Origin: Octopus bimaculoides
Taxonomy: Eukaryota
Length of the DNA: 64,000 nucleotides
Assembly: GCF_001194135.2 (NCBI RefSeq)
Contig: NC_068981.1
Span: 25,947,864 to 26,011,863, forward strand
Direction of reading: 5' to 3'
The translations under genes were made by a program, and so were the position numbers. Below are positions 1 to 12,519 of the stretch, piece by piece. Position 1 is the first letter of the stretch. Each line of letters opens with the position of its first letter. A model generated the notes under the pieces. The model worked only from the letters and a program-made list of their open reading frames with translations, was not told where the DNA came from and made no database searches.

Positions 1-99
1 ATTTACTGAAATTTCATTTCAGTAGAAGGACATATTACTGTTGTAAGTACATTTAAACAATCCTAGCCTGTTTGCTTTGGCTAAGTCAAAATGTTTTTT

Positions 100-2062
100 T
101 ATATTTTTCCTTCCCACATGCAGTAAATCCCTATAAATAGCACTCGTGGAAACCCGTCTGAGCCCTGATATAGAGGATGCAGAAGTACAAGTACTAAAAA
201 ATACCATACTGCGAATAGATAGAAGTGAAAGGAGCCATGAGGTCTTACTCTCATACACAAATTTAGTATTTGACAATCTAATTGTATACATAGGACAACA
301 CACTATAGTCATATGCGATACATATTGCCCACAGGATGCTCCAAGCCACATAAGCAAGTGTGAAGGTTGCTTCACAATAGTTAAAGAAATCCTCATGAAA
401 TTGGAACACCACGTGAGCTTATTTGTTATGGATGATTTCAACTTCTCCAATGTCAAATGGACCGAAGACTTCATGCTCTCAGGAAACAAGAACTGGTGGA
501 GTTTTTGCATAGCCTCACTAATGCCTTATACATGGAGCAAGTTGTGCTCAGACCAACTAGTGCAAATATTTTGGATTTATGCTTCACAAACAATATGGTC
601 ATCGTTCATGATGTGAAAGTGACGCTGACATTAGTCTCGTATCACAAATATCAGAGCTGTCTATGTATGGACCAAATGTAGCGAGAGGAATACAGCCTAA
701 AGGAAGCACCCGAAATATCTCCGATCTGAACTTCCACAAATCAGACTGGAAATCGATGCGAAAAGAGATCGTCTGACAGGACTGGCCGCAATGTCTCTCC
801 TACCAGACATTGACAAGAAACTAGAATATTTCATGTCTGTTATGCAAACTATATGCCAGAAATATGTATGTTCCAGAGCACAAGGCCAACACAAAAAAGG
901 AACAAGATTCCAAGGGAGAGGAAGATCCTCATGAGACAACAGACGAAGGTTGAAAATAGCTTCAACCAACATTCCAAAAGTAGCGAAAGGTCCCGCCTAA
1001 AACAATACTGATGGAAACTGAAAAAAGCCTGCAACAATATTATGAGAGAGAGTGCACACAAAGAAGCCGGGGTTATAAAAAAAAACATTAAATCAAACTC
1101 AAAATTCTTCTTTCATTATGCGAAAGAAACAGCCTCAGTACGCTGCAAGATAGGACTCCTCTTCCGAAAGGATGGCTCTCTAACAGATAGTCCAACCAGG
1201 ATCAGGGAGGTACTGAACGACAAGTTCAAAAGTGCCTTTACTACCCCGTTGGAACACAGACAAGTGAACGATCCAGTGGATTTCTTTGCCGTCTCACCTA
1301 TAACCAGCGAGGCAGTTACGATGGATTACATCGACATTAGCGAAGAAGATATACTACTAACAAAATGAAGTGGACGCAAACTCAACTGTTGGTCCTAATG
1401 ATTTACCAACAGTCCTCCTCAAATCGTGTAAGCATGCCCAGGCGAAACTACAACAGATTCTCTTCCAGAGCTTTCTCGCAAATGGCACGCTGCCATGCAA
1501 ATGAAGCAAGGTATACTATGCCCAATCCATAAAGGTGGAAGTAGAACAGATGCCAAAAGTTATAGACCTATCTCTCTAACTTTACACGTCAGCAATGTCA
1601 TGGAACTGATAGCCAGAGGGGAAACTAATCGCATTCCTTGAAGAAAACAACTTGCTTAGTGATACTCAGCATGGTCTTCGACCAGGTAGGAGCTGCCTGA
1701 CCCAACTCTTACAGCACTATGACTGGGTGTTGAGGCAGTTACTGAAAAACTCAAATGTGGACGTAACAGTAACATGACTTTGTAAAAGTTTTTGATAAAG
1801 TGGATCATAGTATGATATGCCACAAACTGCGTGATCATGGCATAGCTGAAAAACTTGGAGAGTGGTTACATGACTTTCTGAAAAGATAGAAGTCTGGCAG
1901 TAGTGGCCAATGGAACCACCTAAATGCAAACACAAAGAGTGAGCAATGTTCCACAAGGCATTGTCTTGGGACCACTGCATTTCATAGTGGTTCTCTCAAT
2001 TTATAGATGGGCTGAAGGTAATAACATGGAGTTTAATGCTGAAAAATTCCAAAACCTACACT
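100..2062 (+). mobile_element. Decayed CR1/L2-like LINE: AP-endonuclease plus reverse transcriptase (pseudogene)
   Basis: Frameshifted motifs: ETRL, MDDFNFSNVKW, ILDLCFTN, KSNSKFFFHY, CPIHKGGS..YRPISLT, QHGLRPGRSCLTQL, VFDKVDH, VPQGIVLGP, WAEGNNMEFNAEKF. Multiple stops and frameshifts. Confidence 0.9.
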
Positions 2063-2087
2063 TGAATTTCTCCCTAACACCTTAATT

Positions 2088-2384
2088 CAGTGCTACCCGA
2101 AATGTTGTTTGCGAACAGGCGCCGGTTCGCGAGCCATCAGCTGCCGGTACGCGGCGAGTTTCCAGAAAAGAAAGAACCATTATAAAATGCTTATAAAATG
2201 CTTATGTAATATTGTATTATTTGTTTACAAAATAAATATAAGATAAAAAAATTGTCAACATTTATTATATTCATTATATATATTATTTCCTGTAGAAATT
2301 AGTATTACTAAGAAATATTACCGGTCCCTGGCACATTAGAAAAAAAATGCCGGTACGCCACTTCAGATAGTTTGAGAAACACTG
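2088..2384. mobile_element. hAT-type MITE (~297 bp) with 8-bp target-site duplication
   Basis: Ends are CAGTGCTACCCGAAA and TTTGAGAAACACTG (rc CAGTGTTTCTCAAA). Flanks CCTTAATT (2080-2087) and CCTTAGTT (2385-2392) match 7/8. Subterminal TGCCGGTACGC occurs near both ends. Confidence 0.8.
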
Positions 2385-3129
2385 CCTTAGTTGATATGAA
2401 ACAATATATCTTTATTTTTACTGAAAAACTTTTATCCAGTCTCGGTCTTCCATACATTGTATATGCAGGAGAAGCGAAACGTTTTTGCGTATACTTGGAT
2501 ATGAATAGTTGGTGTAACCATAATATTCTGGTAATCTGATGATTTAACTTTATTTACATTGATTTGTGGTTGCCTAATTGTGTTGCATTATGCCGAGCAG
2601 GCATATTAATGTAACCATGTAAGCATAAACTCTTCCACACTGAAACTGTTACTATACGAAAAGGCTGCCGAACGGCTGTTATCCGAAGGTTGTTAAATGA
2701 TTCAATAAATATATAGACATAAGATTATAAATATATCTACAATATAACCAAAATCAATAGGTAAACGAATATAAAAATAAGAGAAACATGAATCTAAAAT
2801 ATTACAAATGGATAGATAAATGATTGGGAAAATAAGTAGGATAGTAGATAGCAGACAATAGTACACTTGAGGGTATTAAAATAGAAATATACTTAAAATA
2901 TGTAAACTGGAAAGCGGCTGGTGCTTGAACTTGGGCGGCGGAAGTACAACGAAGCATGCAGATGCGCACAAACGTTTTCATGCATTCACATGCATACGTA
3001 CACAAAGCACACTACCAAACACACACACATACATACACACACACACACACACATACACACACACACACACATATGTACATATATGATTAGATACATTCAC
3101 ATCAAACATAAATATTACAGATAGACACT

Positions 3130-3912
3130 TGCTCATACATACATGCACTAATATGTTCCGTGTGCGTGCTGTGCCATTTGATCTTCGAATTCAAACCTAG
3201 AAGAAAGTACCCATGTGCATGTTCTTCAAATTGTCGATACCATCTCTCGACCGCAGCCCCTCACAAAATTATGAACATTCTCCGGTTCAAATCGCAGAGT
3301 ATCATAAACAGTAGGATGTGGTCGCTCAAACGCTGTAACGACTATTGTAATCCGCCATGTATATATCCATCCCTACACGTTTCAACCCCACCGTCCCTAT
3401 ACATCCCATCCCACTCCTAATCCATGACTTAAACCCCACCATTGCTTCCCACACCACCATACCACACCACACCACATCACACCACCCCGAACACACTAGC
3501 ACTGACCAATTCCCAGCACTTACACCATCATCCACACACCTACATATGCACACACGCACACGTGATGGTCACCAGCCCCCTTCCACATCAACATACACGC
3601 TCTCACATAGACACGCACGCACACCTTCGTTTTCGGATCACCACTACTTTATTATCTCCCCTTCTTTCTAGGTCTCATGTGTGATCCCTCAGCCCGGCAT
3701 TCGCCATGATAGATCGCTAGTCACTAAAACTTTTCTATTTACTCTCTCTGTTTCTTTCTGTGTTTCTTTCTGTGTTTCTTTCTGTCGAAGAGCGTAGGCT
3801 CGAAACGTAAAATACTTTCTCAGTTCCCGAGCGTTTAACTAATACATCTGTTTCTTGTTTACACACCAATCTTCGTCTTTTGTTATGTTTTTTTTTTTGT
3901 AGATTCTCACTA
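3130..3912 (+). mobile_element. 3' end of a Penelope-like element (GIY-YIG C-terminal remnant plus pseudo-LTR) with an HHR-like fold
   Basis: Remnant RYHLSTAAPHKIMN resembles the PLE C-terminal L.T..P.G.N. The 3' ~200 bp are shared with copies at 15625-15822 and 55512-55683. It ends at a (TA)n tract. Confidence 0.6.
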
Positions 3913-4668
3913 TATATATATATATATAGTTATCGCCAACTAACATGGCAGTCAAGAAAAATAGGACGAATGCTAATATCCAGTACTGCTGCCGTAGTCT
4001 CCTTTAGAGAGATTTAGAAATATTAATATTTCTCTCTCTTTCTTTCTCTGTCTCTCTGTCTCTCTGTCNNNNNNNNNNNNNNNNNNNNNNNNNNNNNNNN
4101 NNNNNNNNNNNNNNNNNNNNNNNNNNNNNNNNNNNNNNNNNNNNNNNNNNNNNNNNNNNNNNNNNNNNNNNNNNNNNNNNNNNNNNNNNNNNNNNNNNNN
4201 NNNNNNNNNNNNNNNNNNNNNNNNNNNNNNNNNNNNNNNNNNNNNNNNNNNNNNNNNNNNNNNNNNNNNNNNNNNNNNNNNNNNNNNNNNNNNNNNNNNN
4301 NNNNNNNNNNNNNNNNNNNNNNNNNNNNNNNNNNNNNNNNNNNNNNNNNNNNNNNNNNNNNNNNNNNNNNNNNNNNNNNNNNNNNNNNNNNNNNNNNNNN
4401 NNNNNNNNNNNNNNNNNNNNNNNNNNNNNNNNNNNNNNNNNNNNNNNNNNNNNNNNNNNNNNNNNNNNNNNNNNNNNNNNNNNNNNNNNNNNNNNNNNNN
4501 NNNNNNNNNNNNNNNNNNNNNNNNNNNNNNNNNNNNNNNNNNNNNNNNCCTGTCTCGAGTCTCAAATGATCCTACCTCGCGGCAGGAGGCGCAAATGATG
4601 ATAGCGACATCAAAATCCCTTATTGACCAAATGCTACATATCAGACGAGTCTCTCAATAATAACAGTG

Positions 4669-4744
4669 TACATGATTTACATTATTTACATGATTTACAT
4701 TATTTACATCGGACAGATATTTGTCCTCATCTTGTTTGTTGCAC
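4669..4744 (-). mobile_element. 3' tail fragment of the HHR-bearing SINE-like family
   Basis: Four 9-mer repeats (ATTATTTAC/ATGATTTAC) plus GATATTTGTCCTCATCTTGTTTG match 58527-58580. Confidence 0.75.
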
Positions 4745-4777
4745 GCCCCCCCCACACACATGTATAATTATATCAGA

Positions 4778-4930
4778 TAGGCTTTTCTCCATTTCCATCT
4801 CCCAAATCAATTCAGAAGGCTTTGGTCGACCTAGGGCTATAGTAGAAGACATATGCCCAAGGTACTACATGGTGGGTTTGAACCCGGAAACTTTTGGTAC
4901 AGAAGAAAACTTCTTACCAGTCAGGCACGC
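4778..4930 (-). mobile_element. Degenerate head of tRNA-derived SINE family A
   Basis: GGCTATAGTAGAAGACA..GCCCAAGGT...TGAACCCGG is shared with 6060-6424 and 39514-39974. Confidence 0.7.
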
Positions 4931-5570
4931 ATCAGTCTTTTTTGTAAGACATGTTTGACTTTGAATATGTACGCGGTGAAATAAAGAAAAATAATGATAT
5001 AAAGAAATCTATTTATGTGGTATCAGAACATCTCCTAGGCATTTTACCACGCAAAATAAATATATGTCAGAACATTTAATTTCTGAATGATCATATTTAT
5101 TCATTTATTATCTAACAAACTATTGATAACCTGAAAATAATTAAAAGCCAATTTCATTTCATAATGTTATTATCATATTAAAATTATAACATATTGTTTC
5201 AAATTAATGAATACAATTTTCTGTATTTAGACGCGAATATTTAGAAGCTATGAAAAATACGATGGGCGTTTTTGCATGATGACGATGGAGGTAAACAATA
5301 ATTGGTTATCCAGCAGCGTATTTATTGCTGCTAAATTACATTTCAGGGAGTGACGGTCATTTTGGTACAATTGTTATCGCACTCGAATAATATTCGAACA
5401 TCACGTGGCGATCTTTTTCGTTTTTTTTTTCTCACATAATGCTATACTTGTGTATATACTATGTTATGTTATATTGCACTAGCATACACACAAACACACA
5501 CACACACACACGCATACATACACACGCATATATTCATGTATACAGATATTTATGAAAGCATATATATATA

Positions 5571-6050
5571 CAGGATGAGGTGAAAAATTGTCGTCTAAAA
5601 ATGAAAATAACACTTACATCTCATTTTTTCAGATATATTTACCACAATTACATTAAAGATATCTTGAAATGCTAAAGAGTAAATTTATTCAATAAAATCG
5701 CCATTGGCTTCAACCACCGCCTCCGGGCGACTTCGGAATCTCCTGAAACTCTTATGGACGGTCTTCTTGTTTATGTGGGTGAATGCTGCCCTAATACTTA
5801 GCTTCAGTTCATCTTTGATGCTACAGGGAATTTTGTCGGTCTCTAACTTAACTGCGCTCCACACATAATAACCAAGGGGGTCAGAGTCTGGGGTGTTAGG
5901 TGGCCTTATGCTAGGGGTAAAGCAGTCGCAGAAATTGTTTAACAGGTATAACTGGGTTCTCCTGCTTGTGTGGAATGGTACAGAGTCCTATTTTCAGACA
6001 TAGGTCTTCCAGAAGCCACCCACTTGACCTAGGACAGCACTATGGCGGCA
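5571..6050 (-). mobile_element. maT (DD37D-like) Tc1/mariner-superfamily transposon relic: transposase C-terminus plus terminal repeat
   Basis: Frameshifted VASGRP, RRTQ..LNNFCD..TP..RPPNTPDSDPL and ...ANGDFIE* (stop 5685-5687). The end is TA|CAGGATGAGGTGAAAAATTG. Confidence 0.8.
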
Positions 6051-6059
6051 TATATATAT

Positions 6060-6424
6060 ACTCATTCACTTGTTTCAGTCATTTGAAAGTGGCCATGCTG
6101 GGGAATCACCTTCAGTCGAGCAAATCGACTCCATGACTAATTCTTTGTAAGCCTAGTACTTATTCTATCGGTTATCTTTGGCCGAGCCGATACGTTACGG
6201 GGACGAAAATACACCAGCATCGGTTGTCAAGCGATGTCGGGGGACAAACACAGACACACAAACACACACACATATATATACATATCAATATATACGACGG
6301 GCTTCATTCAGTTTCCGTCTACCAAATCCACTGACAAGGCTTTGGTCAGCCCGAGGCTATAGTAGAAGACACCTGCCCAAGGTGCCACGCAGTGGGACTG
6401 AACCCGGAACCATGTGGTTGGTAA
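6060..6424 (-). mobile_element. tRNA-derived SINE family A, 5'-truncated
   Basis: B-box-like GGTTCAGTCCC on the minus strand, an internal CA/TA microsatellite, and high similarity to 39514-39974. Confidence 0.88.
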
Positions 6425-6613
6425 GCATACACATACACATACACACATATATATATAAAATTCATGTTTTTGTGTGTACATGAAAGCTAGGGTTGAAGCG
6501 CAATTTCCACCTCACCACGTATTGTAACTTCTCATTAGTTTCCTTTATTTCCCATCGTAGTGCCCATAAACTTTTTATGAATATATGAGGTAATGCATGC
6601 ATATGATATGCGC

Positions 6614-6648
<35 letters not shown>

Positions 6649-9389
6649 CGTGTAGGTTATGTATTTTCAACTATGCATGTTTTTCAATTGATGCTCACCT
6701 AATTATGGTTGTATTGATATTTGGTGATGTTGTAATACCTCCTTTTTCCTCTAACTGCTCTTGCCTAGTTAGGTTTGGGCATGAAGGGATGAGGCATGTG
6801 AGAAATACGTGGTCTACAAATTCTAACAAATGTAACTACTCACGTATTTATGCATATATATATATACGTGTGTTTGTATGCGTGCGTGAACGTGTGAGTG
6901 TGTGAGCGTGCGTATTACATATTGTCTGTCTATGATTTACTGCCTTCATCAATTGTCCTTGAGACCGTGTTGATTTCCGCTTCTTTCACCAATACCACTC
7001 CCTCCAGAGACCCATTGATGCTACAAGTGATAGTCTGTGTTATTTTTTGATGCAACTGTTGCTGTATTTCATTAATTATGCGGCTACCACAACAAAACCG
7101 GGTACAGCTGTAACAATTCAGCCATAAATAACTGCTCGTTGGACTTTACTTTAGTTGTTATATTAACTGCTCTGCCTCGCACACGTTCCAAATATATACT
7201 TTAAATATTTTCTACACTTCAATTCCTGAATGATTATTCTTATATGCTTCTTAAGCTGAATGTCATCCTGCAAAGACGTTGGGATTCTAGCTAAGAAACC
7301 CATTATTTCATACCACTATTGAAGCACCGTACGCTATCCACCTCTTACCTGAGAGGATTGTTATAATCCACCAAATGTTCTTCGTTTTATAATCCTACTC
7401 TAGATTGTTCCCGCAAAATGTTGACATCTTATCAGTTTATGATATTTCTTTATTCTATTGACCAAATCATATTATTCCATTATATCGAATTGCTGATTTG
7501 TTATTTCAATAAAGTTTGAGCATTTTATCGTTCCATTCAAATTTACCTGTGCCTTACGATTGCCTTACTCTCTCAGTTCTTTTGTTCTCATTCTTGGTGG
7601 TGTGCTTTCGCTCTCGCTTTGTATGTTACAGCGTACAACTTCATATTGAGTCTAGAGTCACTGGAGTATCTGTCTTGCAGGTTTAGATTATCAACAAGTT
7701 GACTTAGTATCTGGTTGTAGTACCATATGTTATTTGCAAGTGTTGATATGCATAACTTCAACGTCGAAGATAAACTTTCGTGTGAATCCAGACCAACCGT
7801 CTAATACCGACCATTAATAGAAGCACAAATTACAACGGTTATAGATTAATCATATAATGCTTGGATCCATTTTTAAAAACTTACGCTATGATAGTTTCAT
7901 TTATTTAGCTGTCTCCCATGCTACTCATGTGCAATGACTTCTTTCAGTTCAGTAAAAGAGATGCTTTAGTCACAATATTTCGCCAGCTTTTGTTAGTCAT
8001 TTGATAATTAGTTGTTTCGTATCCTTTGCACTGCATGCGATTTGTTATATACCAAAACATTCACTTGCTCTATTTCCAGAATGCTTCTGTCACTTAAACA
8101 GATATTCTCATGCTCTATTTTTATCTGATAACTCTACGGTGTTTTATAGAAAACCGAAGCGTAATGTGACATCGAAGTCTTGCTATTTTTACCTATTCTC
8201 TGAGTTATGCTAAGGACTGCGGAACATTTGCATTAGTGCTATGCAGCCCAAAACCGGTAAAGCGTTATAGGAGACAAATACACTTTCAGAGGTACTTGCT
8301 AGCATTTTACATTAATCCTGATCTTATTAACGATCTTCAGTGTTCTTGGAATGATCACAAGAGCATCAACAAAAGTTCGTGTTGAACCGTCCCACTTCAA
8401 TTCGCCTAAGTAGACCACAATTTCAAAACTTCGCGTCTGTATTAAGTTATATTCAATTTGAATTCTCATTTTAGCATTTTAAGAGCACTAAAGTCATTCA
8501 GCTGCCTCTAGCTGATCATTGGAACTAGTTCTCCGCCAATTTTAAAGCAAAACTCTTTAACTAGACCCTGCTTTATGGACATAGTGCAATGTTTTTGCCT
8601 TCTGTATGTAGTCGACATTACATGACTAGCTCGTTCAGTAGGTAAGGCGAGATGCTACTTACTTATTATTATTTCACACAACGTCAACTGTACACATACG
8701 CACCGCTCAATATCAAATGCATAACCGCCACAAAAAGAAGTGGTGAAATTATATATTCATGATGAAACTATGTCCAAAGCATGAAAATTGAGCGTAAATT
8801 TATGGTGATCCAAGATAATGTATAAAAAAATTACCTCACACTTCCTGAATTACAATATATAAATAAAAGTCAAATATGATTTTTATGTGACTATATATGA
8901 TTATAAAACAAAAAGAAAAATATATAAAAGAATAGAAAATTAATAGAAAAGCTAAAAACGAAAAGTGTAGAGTGACTATAAACTTATATTTCAATTTGTG
9001 AGAAATATTACCTGGAAAATCAATTAGCCGTATTAATGACATTTACAATCCCTCACGTCTAAGGTTGAAGTTGAAATTATACATCAGAAGATCACTTTAC
9101 ATTTCATAGTTGATTATGACCATATTGACGGAACTTATTTCTTACTAGCAAGAGTCAAAAATTGGTCTGGAGAAAAAAATTCCTTTGTTACGTAACGATA
9201 TGGAACTGCTATATTTTATATGAATAATTACGGTTTTAATATATAACAATCGCGCAGTGCATCTTACCTGACAACAACGGATATAACGGACAGGATTTTA
9301 AATATGTTTCAGCATGAAAATATACAGACACACGTACATAACGTATACACTTAAAACCAATTTAAAATACCCATATATATATGTGTGTG

Positions 9390-9422
<33 letters not shown>

Positions 9423-11504
9423 TCGTGCGTGCGTGCGTGTGTGTATGTATGTCCACACACATCTTACACACACGCAAACACATGAACACAGCCACAGAGA
9501 CACGCACACATGAGCACAGCCACACAGACACGCACACATGATATAACATGACTGGAAAATATTTTCTATCGATTTAATACCATCGAGATTTGATAGTTAA
9601 GTTCAGAAGAATTGAATGCTATATTTCCTGTATACTGTAGGACAATTTATATTGAAATAACTACCATTAATATAACATCGAAATGTATTATAGTTTTTCA
9701 ATAGTTATCGTACAAAATATATCGGCATTTTTCAATTTTTCATCACTCAGATATTCTAAAATACCCAGAATACAATTGATTATTAAATAAATAAATAAAT
9801 AAATAAAAACAAATGATGCTGTTGAAATTTTTCTTGAAAGCTCACGATATGGCTTTTGGCTTTAAAATGCCAACATGAAAACAATGGAAAGTAACTTCTA
9901 GATTGTCATTTTCACACGTTCATATGACAGCATCTGTTTAACCTCAATATACTCTGGTTGAAATGAGAAAATGCAGTTGATAGTGTTGCAATATTTTTGT
10001 AGGGATTAATGTGAATATGTTATTCGTATAGTTATTATTAAGATTATATCACTGGAAATAACTTTATATTAGTGATTTTGCTTAGCTGATGTAAACAATT
10101 ATAATATTTAGCATTAAATATCTCCTGGTAAAAATAGGGCGGGGGAAATAATTAAGTATATAATTGAAAATGTTCCATAATTATGGCCATATGTTACAGA
10201 GGTATGTGAATATGTGCTGTTGTTGTTGTTGTTTTTGTTTTAGTTGTTTTTGTTTTAGTTGTTTTTTTCCGCTATTGTTGTATTTTCCTAGATTAGCACT
10301 GATTGAAGAAATGTGATAACAAAGGGATCTCCGGCGTACACAGGAGAACATTATCCACTGTGTCTTTTCCTTATTGAATTCAGTGATTTGTGATAAAAGA
10401 GTCATATCTCATGTGCTTAAAACGCCTATATTAACGAAAGAAACGCACTCGTTGACTTGTGCGTAAGAATGTAAATTATTTGTGTTAGATCACATTAATA
10501 TTTCCCAGTCAGTCTAATCATTTAATAAAGCACTGCTGTGACATTGTACTTTATCAGACCATTTTTAATAAACATGTCTAGTAAAACTTAGTAAGTAAAG
10601 TGCAAATTTGTGATCGTGTTCACAGAGTGGACTAATTGCATTCAATATGCTGTGACAATTTTATGCTGCAACAATTTTATGCTGCAACGAATAACAGAAA
10701 ATAGAAAAATGCACTACACATACATACACAGAAAGAAATCACATGCACACACTCACACACAGATACACATGCATGCATAAATACACACAAATACATATGG
10801 TCTTGCATACATATGTGTCTGTGCGCGTGCGCGTGTTTGTGAGTTTGTTTTTTAACGATTATCTTTCGTCTCAGTTATTCTTTGTATTCTTCTGTGCGCC
10901 GCTACAAATATTCTGCGTGAATGAGATCATTTAAGTTTAAAACAATACTTGTTAATATGAATCTTGCTGGCTTTAACAGTTTCTCCAAAATTTAATAACT
11001 CTTACGTAAATAATCAATAATATATTCCGTATAGAATATTGAAGATATCGAAGATAATCAACTATACCTCCAGGCGTGCGAGTCTTGGCAATTATCGAGT
11101 TGAATAATGCTTTGTATTTCATAATTTTGTGAAGAATCGCGATTGTAGACTTTGAAATTCATTTCATTATACCAGTGAAATGATAATTTGCTTTAGTATA
11201 CGGCAACTAGCAATTGTTCTTAACATTCACCATGCAATTAAAAAAGAAACTACTGCATTTATTAGTAAAACGTGTCTTCTCTTATCCATCACTTGTTACT
11301 TTTCCAACTGAAATTAAAGGGTAATAGAGAATGTTTTATCCAACACATCTGTGAGGGAGCAATCTCTTAACTATTCGATCTGAAATAACCGATATAAGTA
11401 TCATGTTTAAGAGCTGTTATCTCTTGTTAAAAATGAATTTCCTACACAATTACGAACATCATATAAAATACAAATATAAACTAAAAAAAAAAATGGCAGC
11501 TTAC

Positions 11505-12519
11505 CTATTGTGGTTATGACAGTCACTGAATAAAGTAGAGCGCCAGCAAAAGACCATTGTAATTCAGCCGTACCGTCTTTTCCATCCCAGCCTTGTTTTT
11601 TAATTGCTACAAATACTTCCTGTTGAAAGTCCAAAAGCACTTCGTCAGCGATACGTGACCAGTTCTCTTCGTGCAATATGTTTAACTCCTCTGTTAAATT
11701 CCATAAACGAATAACATGACGTTGCCGGTGCAAAGTCACCGTTCCTCGTTCATTTTCCTCATTGGGCGCTTCGAGTTTTTGAAAAATAAAACCTCCCAGA
11801 ATTGAATAACCAATAACCAACGAACAAAGACCAATATTGGAGAAGAAAAACGTAATGAAAGTTTTGCAACAGTTAACAACCCTGTTTGTAGTTTTCCGAT
11901 GTGATTCACGAGTTGTACCTTTCTTTTCAACCACTTCTTTACCATTCGCCATATTGATATTTTTCCTTTTCTTGCGGTAACAACAACAACAACTACAGCA
12001 AAAGGTTTTAGACGAATTTCGCTTTTTAGCTCTGTTTTTGGAATTATTGTCATCGATATTTTGTCCGTTGTCGTCGGATCCATCACTGTCTCTAACGATG
12101 ACAACGGCACTTTCTTCTTGGTTGTTACGTACACTATTGGGTGACCGGTCATTAGCCTGATCGACCGAAGTAGCGTAATAAGAACCAGAATCACTACTGC
12201 TGTTATCATCGTCGTCATCATCATCGTCATCATCTCCCATCTCTTCGTCCTCAGTATGTGTGCAGCTAACAATATTGACGACATTTTCAACATGGCGATT
12301 AGCACCACCGTTATGTCCACTGGGACCACTACTGTTTTCACCGACATTTTCACTTCCTTCGATATTTCCGTTTGAATTTCTGTTTTCTTCTGATTTACTT
12401 CCGCTCGCTGACCCACAGCCACCGGGCTCCGCGCTATCAGCACTGATACTTGCAGTAGCCGGTCTGGACGAAATGTGTTTGGATGTTTGGTTTTTGTCTC
12501 TGACATGAAGGTCATCCAT
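11505..12519 (-). CDS. First coding exon of a two-pore-domain potassium channel (K2P / KCNK / TWiK-like); partial gene
   Basis: ATG at 12519 in good context (AGAATGG) with an in-frame TAA 9 nt upstream. It encodes 338 aa plus 1 nt: a long hydrophilic N-terminus, TM1 (FITFFFSNIGLCSLVIGYSILGGFIFQKLE), a cap region with LWN, and pore helix 1 (QWSFAGALLYSVTVITTIG). The exon ends at a canonical donor AG|GTAAGC at 11505/11504, splitting the Gly of TIG|YG. The ORF-track tail KLPFFF... is intronic read-through. A manual scan of 1-11504 found no AG|GN-TAY-GG acceptor for the next exon. Confidence 0.93.

Noticed and set aside
1-11504. Downstream K2P exon beginning with the rest of GYG
   Set aside because: None of the TAYGG sites I inspected has an AG acceptor plus GN in the right phase; the exon is probably outside the window, though a manual scan can miss one.
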